The notes under the pieces: generated by a model
The model's input: the letters and a program-made list of their open reading frames with translations, nothing else
Told to the model about the DNA's origin: nothing
The model's database searches: none
In this document: positions 1 to 14,011 of the stretch, piece by piece
Numbering within the stretch: position 1 is the first letter of the stretch
Layout: each line of letters begins with the position of its first letter
Source of the DNA: Octopus sinensis
Lineage: Eukaryota
Reading direction: 5' to 3'
Assembly: GCF_006345805.1 (NCBI RefSeq)
Contig: NW_021834402.1
Span: 1 to 64,000, forward strand
DNA length: 64,000 bases
Made by a program: the position numbers and the translations under genes

Positions 1-607
1 AATGCAAACAATTAAATAATGCAGGACAAGGACATTTAATATCCTGCATTGCTTAATCGTTTCCCATTTCTTCACTCCTTTAACCTCTGACTACTGACTC
101 AAAGCGATGCCGCTTATAGCCGTGTTTAAACAAGACAATCATACAACCACAACTTCAACCGCTGTTCTAACTGGAATTTCAGTAGCGCACCTATTTGAGC
201 ACTGAGAACCTATATGTATTAGTTTTACTCATCCTGACGAAAACACGTATCTTTTGTGGCTTTCATCACTGTTCACAATTTTGCTCCAATTTTGTTTTTC
301 AAATTTCGTATATGGATTAAATTTTGTATATTAATTATGAAAAATGAAATTGATTTTCCCTGTTAATCCATAAAAAAAAAAAAGTTATTAGCCTTTAAAC
401 CTTGCAAAATTTGGGTATTTTAGCCAATCAGAAGCGAGTATTTTACACATCACCGTGGCAGAGAACTCTGTATCCAACGTAACCAAAGCAAAGAAGCAGC
501 ACGTGTTGCATAGCTGATTCCGAGTAAAGGTGGTACTGCAGCATGGCCACAGTCAGATGACTGAAATAAGTAAAAGAATAATAAAAGAATAAACGAATAT
601 ATGTGTG

Positions 608-795
608 AATGGGTAGCCACTACACACATTTTTTACTCTCCTTGTTTCTCTCCTTGTTTTTTTTCTGTGTCCATTTCTGTAGAAAAGCGTAGGCTCGAAA
701 CGTAAAATGCTTTCTATTCCTGAGCGTTAAACTTATACAACTCTTTGTTTTCTACACCACTGTCTTCGTCTTTTGTTTTTTTTCATGAACTCTCC
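608..795 (+). mobile_element. Penelope-like pLTR element, different family, with degenerate hammerhead core
   Basis: catttCTGTAGAaaagcgtaggctcGAAACGTAaaatg at 672-709; followed by (TA)n. Confidence 0.55.
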
Positions 796-1548
796 ATATA
801 TATATATATATATTATATAATATATATATATATATATATATATCATATACGTATGCATATATGTATGTTCATGCATGTATAAATTGGCATGCATGTGATA
901 GATAGTGAAAATAAAAAGAGAAGCGAGAAGGGAGGCGAGAGAGAGAAAGCAAAATGGCACGGATATAGAAGGATAACGAGATAGAATACAGTTATAAAAT
1001 ATAGGGAGATCACTACTTGGATGAGAGCAAAGTTTGAGGAAATGAACGAAGCAAGGTAGGTTAACAAATTTGACTTGACCAGCGTTTTTGGCAGCCTATG
1101 CAGCATTGATAGAAGCAAGCCGGACAGCATAGCTCGACTGATTAGGTATGTGAAGCCGATGGAGCTCACACCGCAGGGGTCAGATGATCGAGCACGCCGA
1201 CGACGATGACGACGACGGCGACAACTAAGTCCACCATCAAGAATACCACGACGAACACCACCAAGGGAGTCTAAATGAAACTGTGTGAAATGATAATCAT
1301 ATTCTTTAAGTAGTCTGTACTTGTCTACCGAAATTGCTACAGTGGACAGAAGGCCAGACGGTCGGCGGCTTTAACTACCTTTAATCGTGTAGCGGCTAGT
1401 CACTAGCCGCTTGTCTCATCTGAAATGCTTGGTGCCAAATCTTGGACAACATGTCTCCTTATAGCTTAAGGGATATGTGTATGTGTGTGAATATTTATAT
1501 GTGTGTGTGTCTGTATGTATGTATATGTGTTTTATATATATATATATA

Positions 1549-1722
1549 GGCGCATGAGTGACTGTGTGGTAAGTAGCTTGCTAACCAACCACATGGTTCT
1601 GGGTTCAGTCACACTGCGTAGCAACTTGGGCTAGGTCTTCTACTATATCCTCAGGCCGACTAAAGAATTGTGAGTGGATTTGGTAGGCGCAAACTGAAAG
1701 AAGCCCGTCGTATATGTATATG

Positions 1723-1776
<54 letters not shown>

Positions 1777-1925
1777 GTGTGTGTGTGTGAGTGTGTGGGT
1801 GTGGGTGTGTGTGTGTGTGTGTGTGTGGTGTGTGTGTATGTGTCTGTGTTTGTCCCCCCAACATCGCTTGACAACCAATGCTGGTTTGTTTACGTCCCCG
1901 TTACTTAGCGGTTCGGCAAAAGCAA
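1549..1925 (+). mobile_element. SINE-A (tRNA head, internal (TA)n(TG)n, 3' domain), 3'-truncated
   Basis: ggcgcatgagtgactgtgtggtaagtagcttgc...gggttcagtc...gtttgtcccccaacatcgcttgacaacc. Confidence 0.85.
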
Positions 1926-1974
1926 GATTATATCGACCCGAATACTTGCATGGTAATGTATTCTATATTATATT

Positions 1975-2203
1975 TATTCCTTTATTGCTCACAAGAAGCT
2001 AAACATAGAGGAGGCATCCACGAACAGACAAAGGGATTAAGTCAATTACATCGAACCCCAGTGTGCAACTGGTACTTATTTAATCGACCACGAGAGGATG
2101 AAAGGCAAAGATGACCTTGGCGGAATTTGAACTCAGAACGTAACGGCAGACGAAATACCGCTAAGCATTTCGGCCGGCGTGCTAACGATTCTGCCAGCTC
2201 GCC
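1975..2203 (-). mobile_element. SINE-B monomer (tRNA-derived)
   Basis: A-box-like tggcagaatcgttag, B-box-like gagttcaaattcc, central gcctttcatcct core and B1-type tail. Confidence 0.85.
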
Positions 2204-2778
2204 ATTATATTAACTCCGGAATGATGAAGAGCAAAGTTGTCGTCAGCGGGATATGATCTCAGAATGTAAAGCGTCGGAAGAAACATCACAAGGCATTTTG
2301 TCCGATTCGTTAACGATTATGCAAATCTGCATTCCAGGCATGACCATCGTGTCTTTTTTTTACAGATATGTCGGAGTACATTATTTCGTATTTCGCCGCC
2401 TTATATATTACTGTAGGTAGAGGTAAGATTGAAAGAAATATGACCTTATTTGCAGGTCATAATTCCCGCTCTATCAGGATTAATTGACCTGGGGTTAAAC
2501 ATCAAACAAAAAACGAAGACGGTCGCGATCGATGACGGCCTCATCATCGTCGTCATCAACGTCGTCAATGTCGTCACCATCATCGTCATCATCGTCATCC
2601 TCACCACCACCATCATCTTCCTCCTCCTCCTCCTCCTCATCATCATCATCATTATCATCATCATCATCATAATCATAAACAGAAGAGGCATTAAGCATAG
2701 CACTTAACTATAAGCTTTCGTCCTCATAATCTTCTAGCCTTCTTGACTTTGATATATCATGGTCATGATCATGATCAC

Positions 2779-2813
<35 letters not shown>

Positions 2814-3396
2814 CGATGACGATGATGATGACCATCATCATCATCATCATCATAACAACAACTACAATAATAACCACCCGCACCCGACCAAGTCTATTTC
2901 TGTCTCACTGTTTGCGTTTCAATTACACGTTAGTTCCTTTAGCGTTCAGCTTTCCCATTAGTCTTGTTTACATATTTTCTCATAGAATATTGGTTTTTCT
3001 CCTTATATCCTTGAGACTCTTCACCGATTAAACTTGATTATTATAATACTTTTAAATTTTTCTGCCACACACACACACAAACACATGCACACACACACGC
3101 ACATACACACACACACACGCCTCGCTCCTATTTCCTCATTCTCTCCCCTTCTCACTCTCTCTCCTTTGTCTGTCAAGGTGTGTGTGTGTGTGTGTGTGTA
3201 TGTTTGTGTATGTGTGGTGTGTGTGTGTATGTTTGTGTATGTGTGGTGTGTATGTGTGTATGCATGTATATATGCGTGTGCTAGTGTCTGTGTGTATGTA
3301 TGATTATATTTGTTTAATTTTCTTAGCAGACGTCTACATTCGAAGACTGAATACAGACACTCAATCACACAGACACACACACAAGCACACATACGA

Positions 3397-3428
<32 letters not shown>

Positions 3429-4164
3429 ACATTTTTACTCATCTACACACATGTATGCCTGTGCACATCCACACACCCACGCCCACAGATGCATAAAATA
3501 TACATGTATACACAGTAATCTATGCGTATATATATATATATATATATATCTACATACATATATCGGTATATGCATATATTTTATACGAAAATATATATGG
3601 ATATATATATATATACATGCATGCATATGTATACATATATATACATATATACATATGTATATGTATATATATATATATGTATATATGTGCGTGTTTGTAT
3701 GTATGTATATGATATATATTTACATAATCATAAATATATATGTACGTGTATATGGATGTATGCCTGTGAAAGAGTATTCTATGTCCGTAAGAGCATTGTT
3801 GACCGTATACACAGAATACGTTATACATCCACAAGTTCATTTGTACCGAGTCATTTTTTATTAACGCTGACATTGCTGTGTCCTTGATGAAGCTACATAA
3901 TTCTCAGATGGGCCAATCCTCAAAGCTGTAAACTGATACAACAGTATAATCAGAACTGCATAATAAAACTGACTGGCTGTTTCGTTCCTGCCCTGTAGGC
4001 AGTGTTTCTCATAGGGAAAAGCCAAGCCTACTTGGGATGGGCGTTGTGTGGACTGAAAATGATGGACATGTTTTACGAATTTACGTTGTTCAAAAATACT
4101 TCTTCAACACCATGCGCACCGCCATATATAATAAATATTACTTTTTACTTTGTTTCTTTAATTT

Positions 4165-4556
4165 GTTTATTGTTTCAGTCATTTGACTGCGGCCATGCTG
4201 GAGCACCACATTTAGTCGAGCAAATCGACCTAAAGGACTTCTTTGTAAGCCCAGTACTTATTCTATCGGTCTCTTTTGCCGAACCGCTAAGTGACGGGGA
4301 CGTAAACACACCAGCATCGGTTGTGAAGCAATGCTAGGGGGACAAACACAGACACACAAACATATACACACACACTTATATATATATACATATATACGAC
4401 AGGCTTCTTTCAGTTTCCGTCTACCAAATCCACTCATAAGGCATTGGTCGGCCCGGGGCTATAGCAGAAACACTTGCCCAATGCCACGCAGTGGGACTGA
4501 ACCCGGAAACATGTGGTTGGTTAGCAAGCTACTTACCGCACAGCCACTCCTGCGCC
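4165..4556 (-). mobile_element. SINE-A, full length
   Basis: Reverse complement of ggcgcaggagtggctgtgcggtaag...aaatgactgaaaca. Confidence 0.9.
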
Positions 4557-5425
4557 TATATATATATATATAATATATATATATATACGATGAAAAACTG
4601 AAGTCGGTCTCAGCAGAGTTTCTACTCACAGCGTAAAGATGCATTCCGTCCGACATGCTAACGATTTTATAAGCTCGCTGCCTTAGAAAATAAAGTAATA
4701 TCTATTTCAAAATATTGACCCAAGGCCAGTAATATCGAGGAAGGGTGTAGCTCAATTACATTGGTCCCTAGTGCTCAGTTACCTTATTTTGTCGAACCCG
4801 AAAAGCTGTTTGGTAAATTTGAACTTAGAACATGAATACAGACGAAATGAAATAATGTATTTTGCAGGCGTGTTAACGATTGTGGCACCTCGCCGCCTTA
4901 AAATATGGGTATTATTTTTAATCCCCTTTGGAACGTATTTGTAATAGAAGATGCAGCCTTGCTACAGTTTGTCACTCAGATTCTGTGCCTAAGAATAATG
5001 ATAAATCTACGTGTATATGTGGAATACTCAGCCACTTACACGTTCATTTCTGGAGCAGGGATTCATATGTTCGAAACTAACAAACAATTTATTACTCTTG
5101 TTTACATTTCAGATTCAACTGAGCGGATGAACTGGTAGAATCGTTAAGACGTCGCGCTTAGCGGCATTTCCTTCGTCTTTACGTTCAGAGTTCAAATTTC
5201 ACCGAGGTCGATTTTGCCTTTCATCCATTTGGAGTCGATTGAATGAAAGTACCAACTGAACATTGAGGGGCGAGGGAAGTAGTCGACAAGCCTCCTAGCC
5301 CAACGTTTCAGGCCTTGTGCCTTTCATGGGAAGGGTGTTTCAGAATCTATTATGATCTGTATTGATTTGAGTTCAAAACCTATTGAAGTCAGCTTTACCT
5401 GTCTTCATTCTCCCTTCATTAATTA

Positions 5426-5824
5426 CTAGCAGTATCGCCCGGCGTTGCTCGGGTTTGTAAGGGAAATAACTATATAAGCATTTTTAGAGATGTAAAGTAT
5501 AATAGCCATCTCAATATGGCTAACCAAAAAAGGGGGGGGTGTTACTGTAGCTTTTTACGTTCTGAGATTTAATAATAAATTTTTAGAGCGTCACTTCCCT
5601 TATATATGCCAAAAATGCATTAAAAATGGGAAAAATTGATGGTAAATTTTTTTTTTAAATCGTAGACTCATCGTAGACGCGCGCTAATACCCAGAAGGGC
5701 TCGATATGAATCACGACTATAAGATACCCGGTTTTGGTTAAACTGCACCGCAAAATGTGGGAGTAGTTAGGAATCTAAATCGTAGGAGACAGACAGCACA
5801 CAACTTCACTTTTATATATAAAGA
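5426..5824 (-). mobile_element. Non-autonomous Helitron
   Basis: Minus strand A|TCtttatatataaaagtgaagttgtg ... cccgagcaacgccggg hairpin ... CTAG|T; canonical TC/CTAG ends in an AT target. Confidence 0.8.
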
Positions 5825-5981
5825 TTTCCTCTTCAAAATCTGTTATCGTAAGAAATCGTAAGAATTGGGTGGGGGTTATGATATAATTCATTGAAATCCG
5901 GATAAAATACCCTGTTTGCCTCTAGTCTTAATTTTTAGTTTAACTTCTACGATAAACGAGAAAAAACAGCCATCAAATAAT

Positions 5982-6287
5982 AAAGATTGTTTGCCAACAT
6001 AACATGGTAGTCCTGGATTAGGACCAATGTTGCTGTAATTTAGCCCCAGGAGACATGGTCTCCAGCTGGCTATGCGACACGATCTGTGTCCTTATATTTT
6101 CGAACAAGGGAATCTAGCACCCCCACTTAGCTCAAAACAATATCTCTGTATCGCGATTTCTTTGTTCGAAAATAAAAGGACACAGATCGTGTCGCATAGC
6201 CAGCTGGAGACGATGTCTCCCGGGGATAAATTACAGAAACATTCGTCCTAAACTAGGACTGCCATGTTATATTGGCAAACAATCTTT
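5982..6287. mobile_element. Foldback/MITE-like element with ~126-bp inverted arms
   Basis: 5982-6107 is the imperfect reverse complement of 6162-6287; 54-bp spacer. Confidence 0.7.
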
Positions 6288-6996
6288 ACTACAAAGTACT
6301 GTTGCTGAATATCTCACATCGTGAGATTTAAAAAATAGTAATTTTCTAGTTATCAAACAGTCTGATAAATTTAATTACTATCCTACGTTCCCCCAAAACA
6401 TTGATTTGCCCCCTCCCGGGCCGGATATGTCTTTATCGAACAAACCTACTAAAGTCATATGTAATAACATCGTTTCTGTTTTTAGGTACCAAGGCAAATA
6501 TTGTCCGATGTGTCGTTGTCAAAAATGTGCGCCTTCTACCGGGTTAAAATTCAACATACCAGCATTAACGAGATGTTTGTTTAAATAGCATAATTCGTTT
6601 TGTCAATCTGAGTGAGGTTTCTCTTACACGGATGTGTGATGACTTACTTCCCTGAAACTTGAATATTAAGAAAACGTACGTAAAAATAATATAAAACAAT
6701 ATAAAAAATAAATATATGTAAACATAAATAAATAGATAAATAAATAGGTAAACGAAACGAAATTATACTCTTCAGGCCAAAAGATTTCTCGCACGGTGAG
6801 AAGAATATGCTAACAGAAAATTCTAATATATACATATATACGCACGCACACACGCACACATGCACATACACACACAGGTGTACATAGGTATATATACATA
6901 AATTTGTGTGCGTATATAATACCCTAATACAGTTATACTTAACACAAGCACATGTATGTATATATATATATATATACACATACACACATTCATACA

Positions 6997-7062
<66 letters not shown>

Positions 7063-8071
7063 CGGACAGACAGACACACATATGTATATATATAAATGTA
7101 TATATATGAATGTATGGATGTGTGTATGTGTGTGTGTGTTTGTGTGTGTTTACACGGCACTTGAATAATATAAATAAAACACCATTGTTGTTAGGGAAAA
7201 AGACACCTGATGGAAAACATACATATGTATTCGTATATTGGAGTTTCTACGTGTTTGTGTGTCTGTGCTGATAATACGCATACATATGTTTCATGTGTAT
7301 ATGTCTTGCGTACATTTAGCGTAAACTGTGTGTGCGCGTGTGATACCTATTATACGTGAGTTATGAAATTACCGTCGTGATGACTTGGAGACTTTAAAAT
7401 GGAGAAGAGTAGGGTGTCAATAAAATAAATACCAATATCTTACTTTTTACTTCTTGGGTAAACTGATTGAAAACATCTTGTGGCACGTATGGAATGTTCA
7501 GTTTGTTTTGCTATTACGATCGTTATTACCGCGAGGGAGTGGATGGCAAAAACGCTAGAGAAACTTACGGGAAAAATTTAGTACTTAGCTCTTTATACTT
7601 TAACTCTATATCTTCTGTTTTCATCCCCACTTTCTTTCCCTTCAGGTCTCTATTACCCCCATCTTTCCTTCTCTCTCTGTCTCCTCATTTTTTCTAACAT
7701 TCACCAAGTCACTATCACATCTTCCTCGCTGTTTTTCGAAGACGGTCTAACTTCTCTCTCTTTCTGTTTCATTATTCTGAGGCTGATAAATTTCAATACC
7801 TATAAAGGGAAAAGCATTGCTACTACGATAGCGGTACTGTTCCATAGTCTGGTATTAATCTGGAATTCTATGTATCGATCTCAATCAATCGATTGCAAAT
7901 TTTAACATTTGACGTGAAGGAAAAGTGGTGCAACACACGTATTTGTACAGTTCTATAGATATGTATATATAGGAGATTACATATGCACAGATATACTAAC
8001 AGACATACATACATTCCCACACATATATGTATATTTGTACATGTATGTATACATCTGCCTCAGTTTCTCTC

Positions 8072-8400
8072 GGGCATGGCTGTGTGGTAAGTAGCTTGCT
8101 TACCAACCACATGGTTCCGGGTTCAGTCACACTGCGTGGTACCTTGGACAAGGGTCTTCTACTATAACCTCGGGCCGACCAAATCTTTATGAATGAATTT
8201 GGCAGACGGAAACTGAAATAAGTCCGTCGTATGTATGTGCATATATATATGCATGTGTATATGCTTATGCGTCTGTGTTTGTTACCCCAACATCGCTTGA
8301 CAACCGATGCTGGTGGGTTTGCGTCACCGTGACTTAGCGGTTCGGCAAAAGAGACCGATAGAATTAGTACTAGGCGTACAAAGAATAAGTCCTCTGGTCG
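8072..8400 (+). mobile_element. SINE-A, 3'-truncated
   Basis: ggctgtgtggtaagtagcttgcttaccaaccacatggttccgggttcagtc...gagaccgatagaattagtac. Confidence 0.85.
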
Positions 8401-8465
8401 ATAGATAGATAGATAGTCAAAGAGATTTAGATAGACAAACATGTATATGTATAAGCATATACAAC

Positions 8466-8518
<53 letters not shown>

Positions 8519-8765
8519 TGGAAGAGAAAGAGAGAGAAAGAAAGAGAGAAAGAATGAGAGATAAAGAGTGAGAAAGAGAGAGAGAAAGATAGACAGATAG
8601 AGAGAAAGAGAGTGAGAGAGAGCTTGTGTGGTGTGAGAGTGTGTATAAGAGACAGAGAGGGTGAAAGAGAGAAGAAAGAAAAGAAGAAAGAAGGAAGAAA
8701 GTACGACAGCAAGCAAGCAACAAAGAAAGAAAGAAAGAAAAATGAAAGAAATAACGCAGGAACGA

Positions 8766-8800
<35 letters not shown>

Positions 8801-9192
8801 GAAGAGAGAAGGAAAGAAGAGAGAGAGAAAAAGATCTTCTATAATGACAGCGAGTAACAGAAACCTTTGTATGGTATGGGAGGTGGACTGGATAGTGAAG
8901 TGGTGTTTCGTGAGGTGAATCGTAAGAGAGTACTCTGCTGCCTGGCAAAGCCACTCAATCAACATGACACAGACACTAATAAGCTTAATGTCCGTTAGTC
9001 CATTAGATCTTGTACCGAACCTATCGTATCGCCGTCCTTGCTATTTGCTTGTATTTCTATACCCGTACACGCATGTACTCAAGCACACGGCCGCCGTACA
9101 CGCATACATGCAACCATAACACATACATGCACATACACATCAAGACTACGAGTGTATATACTTATATGTAAATACACGCATGCATATATCTG

Positions 9193-9261
<69 letters not shown>

Positions 9262-9271
9262 ATCTATCTAC

Positions 9272-9311
<40 letters not shown>

Positions 9312-9854
9312 ATATATATATATATATATATGCGTATATATATATGTATATATAAGTATATATATATGTATTATGTATGCGTATATATGTATGTATATAT
9401 ATATATGTATGTATATATATATATATATATATAAGTATATATATATATGTATGTATTATGCATGCATATATATGTGTGTATATATATATATATATTGTTA
9501 CACATCGGTGGTCACAAATTTGACCTGGAGAGAATTTGAATACAGAGCATGAAGAACTAATATAATCTCGAATACTGCAAGTTTTTCGTTCGAGGCTCAA
9601 CATTTTTTTCTAATCTGTCACCCTCCGAGTGTAACTAATCATTTCCAATAAGTCACATCATCAATAAGTCTACATCATACCTGGACCTGTTAGAAATAGC
9701 AACTAAATCTCACTAGTTTCCAAAATTTATACATAAAGAAATAAAGGTAGGCAAAGTTACTTTCTCGACTCGGTGCTGATTTACAAGGGTCGGTTTCTCC
9801 ATTTGTCATGGCATAAATTCTCCACATGTACCGAACTCCGAGCCGCCGCAAGTT

Positions 9855-10001
9855 TACTTATTTTTGCCAGCTGAGTGGACTGAAGCAAGGTAAAATGAAG
9901 TGTTTTGCTCAAGGAGACACTGCATCGCTCTGTTCTGGAATCGAAACCACAATCTTACGATCATGAGTTCAGCACACTAACCACTAAGCCACGCGACTCC
10001 A
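9855..10001 (-). mobile_element. SINE-C head and core
   Basis: Minus gtggcttagtggttagtgtgctgaactcatgatcgtaagattgtggtttcgattcc, matching 60380-60525. Confidence 0.8.
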
Positions 10002-10693
10002 CTCATTCCAACTAGGCTTATGACTGATAGAAAATATAACCAAGACTGAAGCACATTTCATCATACCTCTTCTCATTTACAGCTGACCCGAGGATTTGAA
10101 CTCAAAGTGCAGAAATTTAGAATCAATGTGCCAAAGCATTTTATCCAACGCTGTAACGTCTTATCAATTCACCGTATTCCCACCATGTGCAATTACAGTT
10201 TTAATTTACCACATACTTTCTCTGCCAACGAATTATGTAGTATAAGAATCCTCACCATCACTTCTTGTGATTGGTGCGGTCAATCGCTGTACTGCTCCCT
10301 TGACAGTCAGCAATCGCACTGAACCCTGTCCTCTGTTACACACAGAAGGGTCACCGTGTTCAGTCTTGACCTATCAATAATGTTGTCATATCAGGGTTTT
10401 CTTTATTTATCTTTCTTTCGTCCTCATTCATCTCTGACCTGAAGCGACATTTCAGACAAGGGGACATGACAGGATACATATCCATACCAGGTGAGCTTTC
10501 GACATTTCAGCTTAGCGTGTAGTGGCTGTTGCTTTTCGCCTGCCAGTACATTTAGGGATTTTCTGTCTGAGTAAGGCGTGTGACTGTACTCTTTATACAA
10601 GACATGTTAGTTTTCTAACGCAAATATACTCCAATGACTAACATTTGTCAAATGCCTAGATTACCTGCTCAGTTATTAGGTGGAGATTATTAG

Positions 10694-10929
10694 GGCGGTG
10701 AGTTGGCAGAAACGTTAGCACGCCGGGCGAAATGCTTAGCGATATTTCGTCTGTCGTTATGTTCTGAGTTCAAATTCCGCCGAGGTCGACTTTGCCTTTC
10801 ATCCTTTCGGGGTCTATAAATAAAGTAGTAGTTTCGCACTGGGGTCGATGTAATCGACTTAATTCAATTCCTTTGTCTGTCCTTGTTTGTCCCCTCTATG
10901 TTTAGCTCCTTGTGGGCAATAAAGAAATA
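10694..10929 (+). mobile_element. SINE-B monomer
   Basis: ggcggtgagttggcagaaacgttagc...gagttcaaattccgccgaggtcgactttgcctttcatcctttcgggg...tgtgggcaataaagaaata. Confidence 0.9.
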
Positions 10930-11522
10930 TATATTATAGAGGAGATTGTTTAATATTAACTTTGTTGTGTGGAGTAAAACATTTATTAACAGAAACAACT
11001 TATTTTATTCTACTAGCGATTAATCACCAACATTTGTTTCTTACTTATCAAATTCGACCAGAGAAGAAAAATGGCCGCGAAACCTTCCTTAAGTGACGCA
11101 GTGTTGAGCAAGGAAAGGACACCTTATGTCAACGAAGTTTTATATGCACGTAAAAAGATGAAATAATCATGAGTTGAATGACTTCATAAAAGATTTCATC
11201 AAATTGTGTCGACCTGCAATTAAACAACTACAACAAGAATAAAAATATACAAATAAACAAATAGCATCAACAAGGATAAAAAGTACAATATTAACCATAT
11301 ATGGTACGGTCGAATAACATATATATATACACACATGCAGCCACATACGCACGCACACATACATATATGTCCATATATACGCATATATACAAATCTTTAT
11401 ATTACCATGTCATTGCTCTCTTTCTCTCGATACTTTCTTTTATAAAAGGGCCGTGAGAAAGGACATAACGATAGAAAAAATATATAGCATATATATCCAG
11501 GTATATATGTATAATACTATAT

Positions 11523-11565
<43 letters not shown>

Positions 11566-11567
11566 TA

Positions 11568-11608
<41 letters not shown>

Positions 11609-11676
11609 CATACATACATACTTACATACAATATATATATATTTATAATTATACATACATACATACACAATACATA

Positions 11677-11723
<47 letters not shown>

Positions 11724-11725
11724 TA

Positions 11726-12156
11726 GGCGTTGGAGTGCCTGTGTGGTATAGCAGGAGTGGGTGTGTAGTGAGTAACTTGCTTACCAACCACATGGTTCCG
11801 AGTTCAGTTCCACTGCGTAGTACCTTGGGCAAGTGTCTTCTGTAGATTCGGGCCGACCAAAGCTTTATGAGTGGATTTGGTAGGCGGAAACTGGAAGAAG
11901 CCCATCGCTTATATGTACATATAAATGTATGTGCATATGTTTGTGTGTCTGTGTTTGTCACCCCAACATCGCTTGACAACTGATGCTGGTGTGTTTACGC
12001 CCCCGTAATATAGCGGTTCGTCAAAATCTTCCGATAGAATAAGTATTAGGCTTACAAAGAATAAGTCCTGGGGTCGATTTGCTCGGCTAAAGGCGGTGCT
12101 CCAGCACGACCACTGTCAAATGACGGAAACAAGTAAAAGAGTAAGAGTAAAGTAAG
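11726..12156 (+). mobile_element. SINE-A, full length, in (TA)n
   Basis: Head, internal microsatellite and tail aagtaaaagagtaagagtaaag; (TA)n on both sides. Confidence 0.9.
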
Positions 12157-12734
12157 ATATATATATATATATATATATATACTATATTATATATATATAT
12201 ATATGCGTGGTGTGTATGTGTGTGTGTTATGTATCTTAAACGACCATACTACATACATTGTGCTATTAAACAACATAACAATAGCACTACCTGTAATATG
12301 ATATGAACAACGGAAGGCATAACACATTCAGTAATGTTGGTTTAATATTCATGATGTTGCTCTTGATAGTATATTTCTGGTCAATAGACGGGATTGACAT
12401 GTTCGAGACATATTTCATTATAAATCTGCAGGAATAAATTTAATCTGGGGCAAAGAAACCCCAGCCATCGTAACAAAAAATACCATTAGCGAGACAATCA
12501 AATAAGAACATCTTAAAAGAAAGGAAGGACACTTTAGATAATGTTGTCTTAAAATATATTGTTTCAAATCATCAGAGCAGAACCTCTTTTATCAAAGATC
12601 TGTTCGACACGACATGAGGTTTAACAACGACGACGAAAATCATGTCATGAGGTTTAGCAACGCCACCACCAACGACAACACCGCTTAATTCTGTTGCTTA
12701 GTTTTCATTCGTGGTTAATTCTGTTTCATACTAT

Positions 12735-14011
12735 CTATTTCTTTACTACCCACAAGGGTAGTAAATACAGAGGGGGGACAAACAAGGACAGACAAACGGA
12801 TTAAGTCGATTACATCGACCCCAGTGCGTAGCTGGCACTTAATTTATCGACCCCGAAAGGATGAAAGGCAAAGTCGACCTCGGCGGAATTTGAACTCAGA
12901 ATTTAACGGCAGACGAAATACCTATTTCTTTACTACCCACAAGGGGTTAAACACAAAGGGGACAAACAAGGACAGAAAAACGGATTAAGTCGATTACATC
13001 GATCCCATACGTTATGTACTTAATTTATCGCCCCGAAGGATGAAAGGCAAGTCGACCTCGGCGGCATTTGAACTGAGAACGTAACGCAGAGAAATACCTA
13101 TTTCTTACTACCCACAAGGGGCAAACACAGAGGGGGCACAACAAGGACAGACAACGGATTAATCGATTACATCGACCCCAGTGTTAGCTGGTACTTAATT
13201 TATCGACCCCGAAAGGATGAAGGCAAAGTCGACCTTGGAGGATTTGAACTCAGAACGTAACGCAGAGGAAATACCTATTTCTTTACTACCCACAAGGGGC
13301 TAAACACAGAGGGGGCACAAACAAGGACAGACAACGGATTAAGTCGATTACATCGACCAGTGCGAGCTGGCACTTAATTTATCGACCCCGAAAGGATGAA
13401 AGGCAAGTCGACCTCGGCGGAATTGAACTCAGAATTTAACGGCAGACGAAATACCTATTTCTTTACTACCCACAAGGGGTTAAACACAAAGGGGACAAAC
13501 AAGGACAGAAAAACGGATTAAGTCGATTACATCGATCCCAGTACGTAGATGGTACTTAATTTATCGACCCCGAAAGGATGAAAGGCAAAGTCGACCTCGG
13601 CGGAATTTGAACTGAGAACGTAACGGCAGAGGAAATACCTATTTCTTTACTACCCACAAGGGGCTAAACACAGAGGGGGCACAAACAAGGACAGACAAAC
13701 GGATTAAGTCGATTACATCGACCCCAGTGCGTAGCTGGTACTTAATTTATCGACCCCGAAAGGATGAAAGGCAAAGTCGACCTTGGAGGAATTTGAACTC
13801 AGAACGTAACGGCAGAGGAAATACCTATTTCTTTACTACCCACAAGGGGCTAAACACAGAGGGGGCACAAACAAGGACAGACAAACGGATTAAGTCGGTT
13901 ACATCGACCCCAGTGTGTAGCTGGTACTTAATTTATCGACCCCGAAAGGATGAAAGGCAAAGTCGACCTTGGAGGAATTTGAACTCAGAACATAACGGCA
14001 GACGAAATACG
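12735..14011 (-). repeat. Tandem array of seven headless SINE-B bodies (~180 bp each)
   Basis: Seven units, each tatttctttactacccacaagggg...gaactcagaacgtaacggcagacgaaatacc on the + strand, starting near 12735, 12922, 13098, 13275, 13455, 13639 and 13825. Confidence 0.95.

Noticed and set aside
10440-10495. Possible small exon ending cag|gtgagc
   Set aside because: Weak acceptor, no recognisable peptide and no partner exons.
12735-14011. Regular array superficially like CRISPR or a tRNA cluster
   Set aside because: Units are whole ~180-bp SINE bodies without unique spacers; they have a B box but no cloverleaf.
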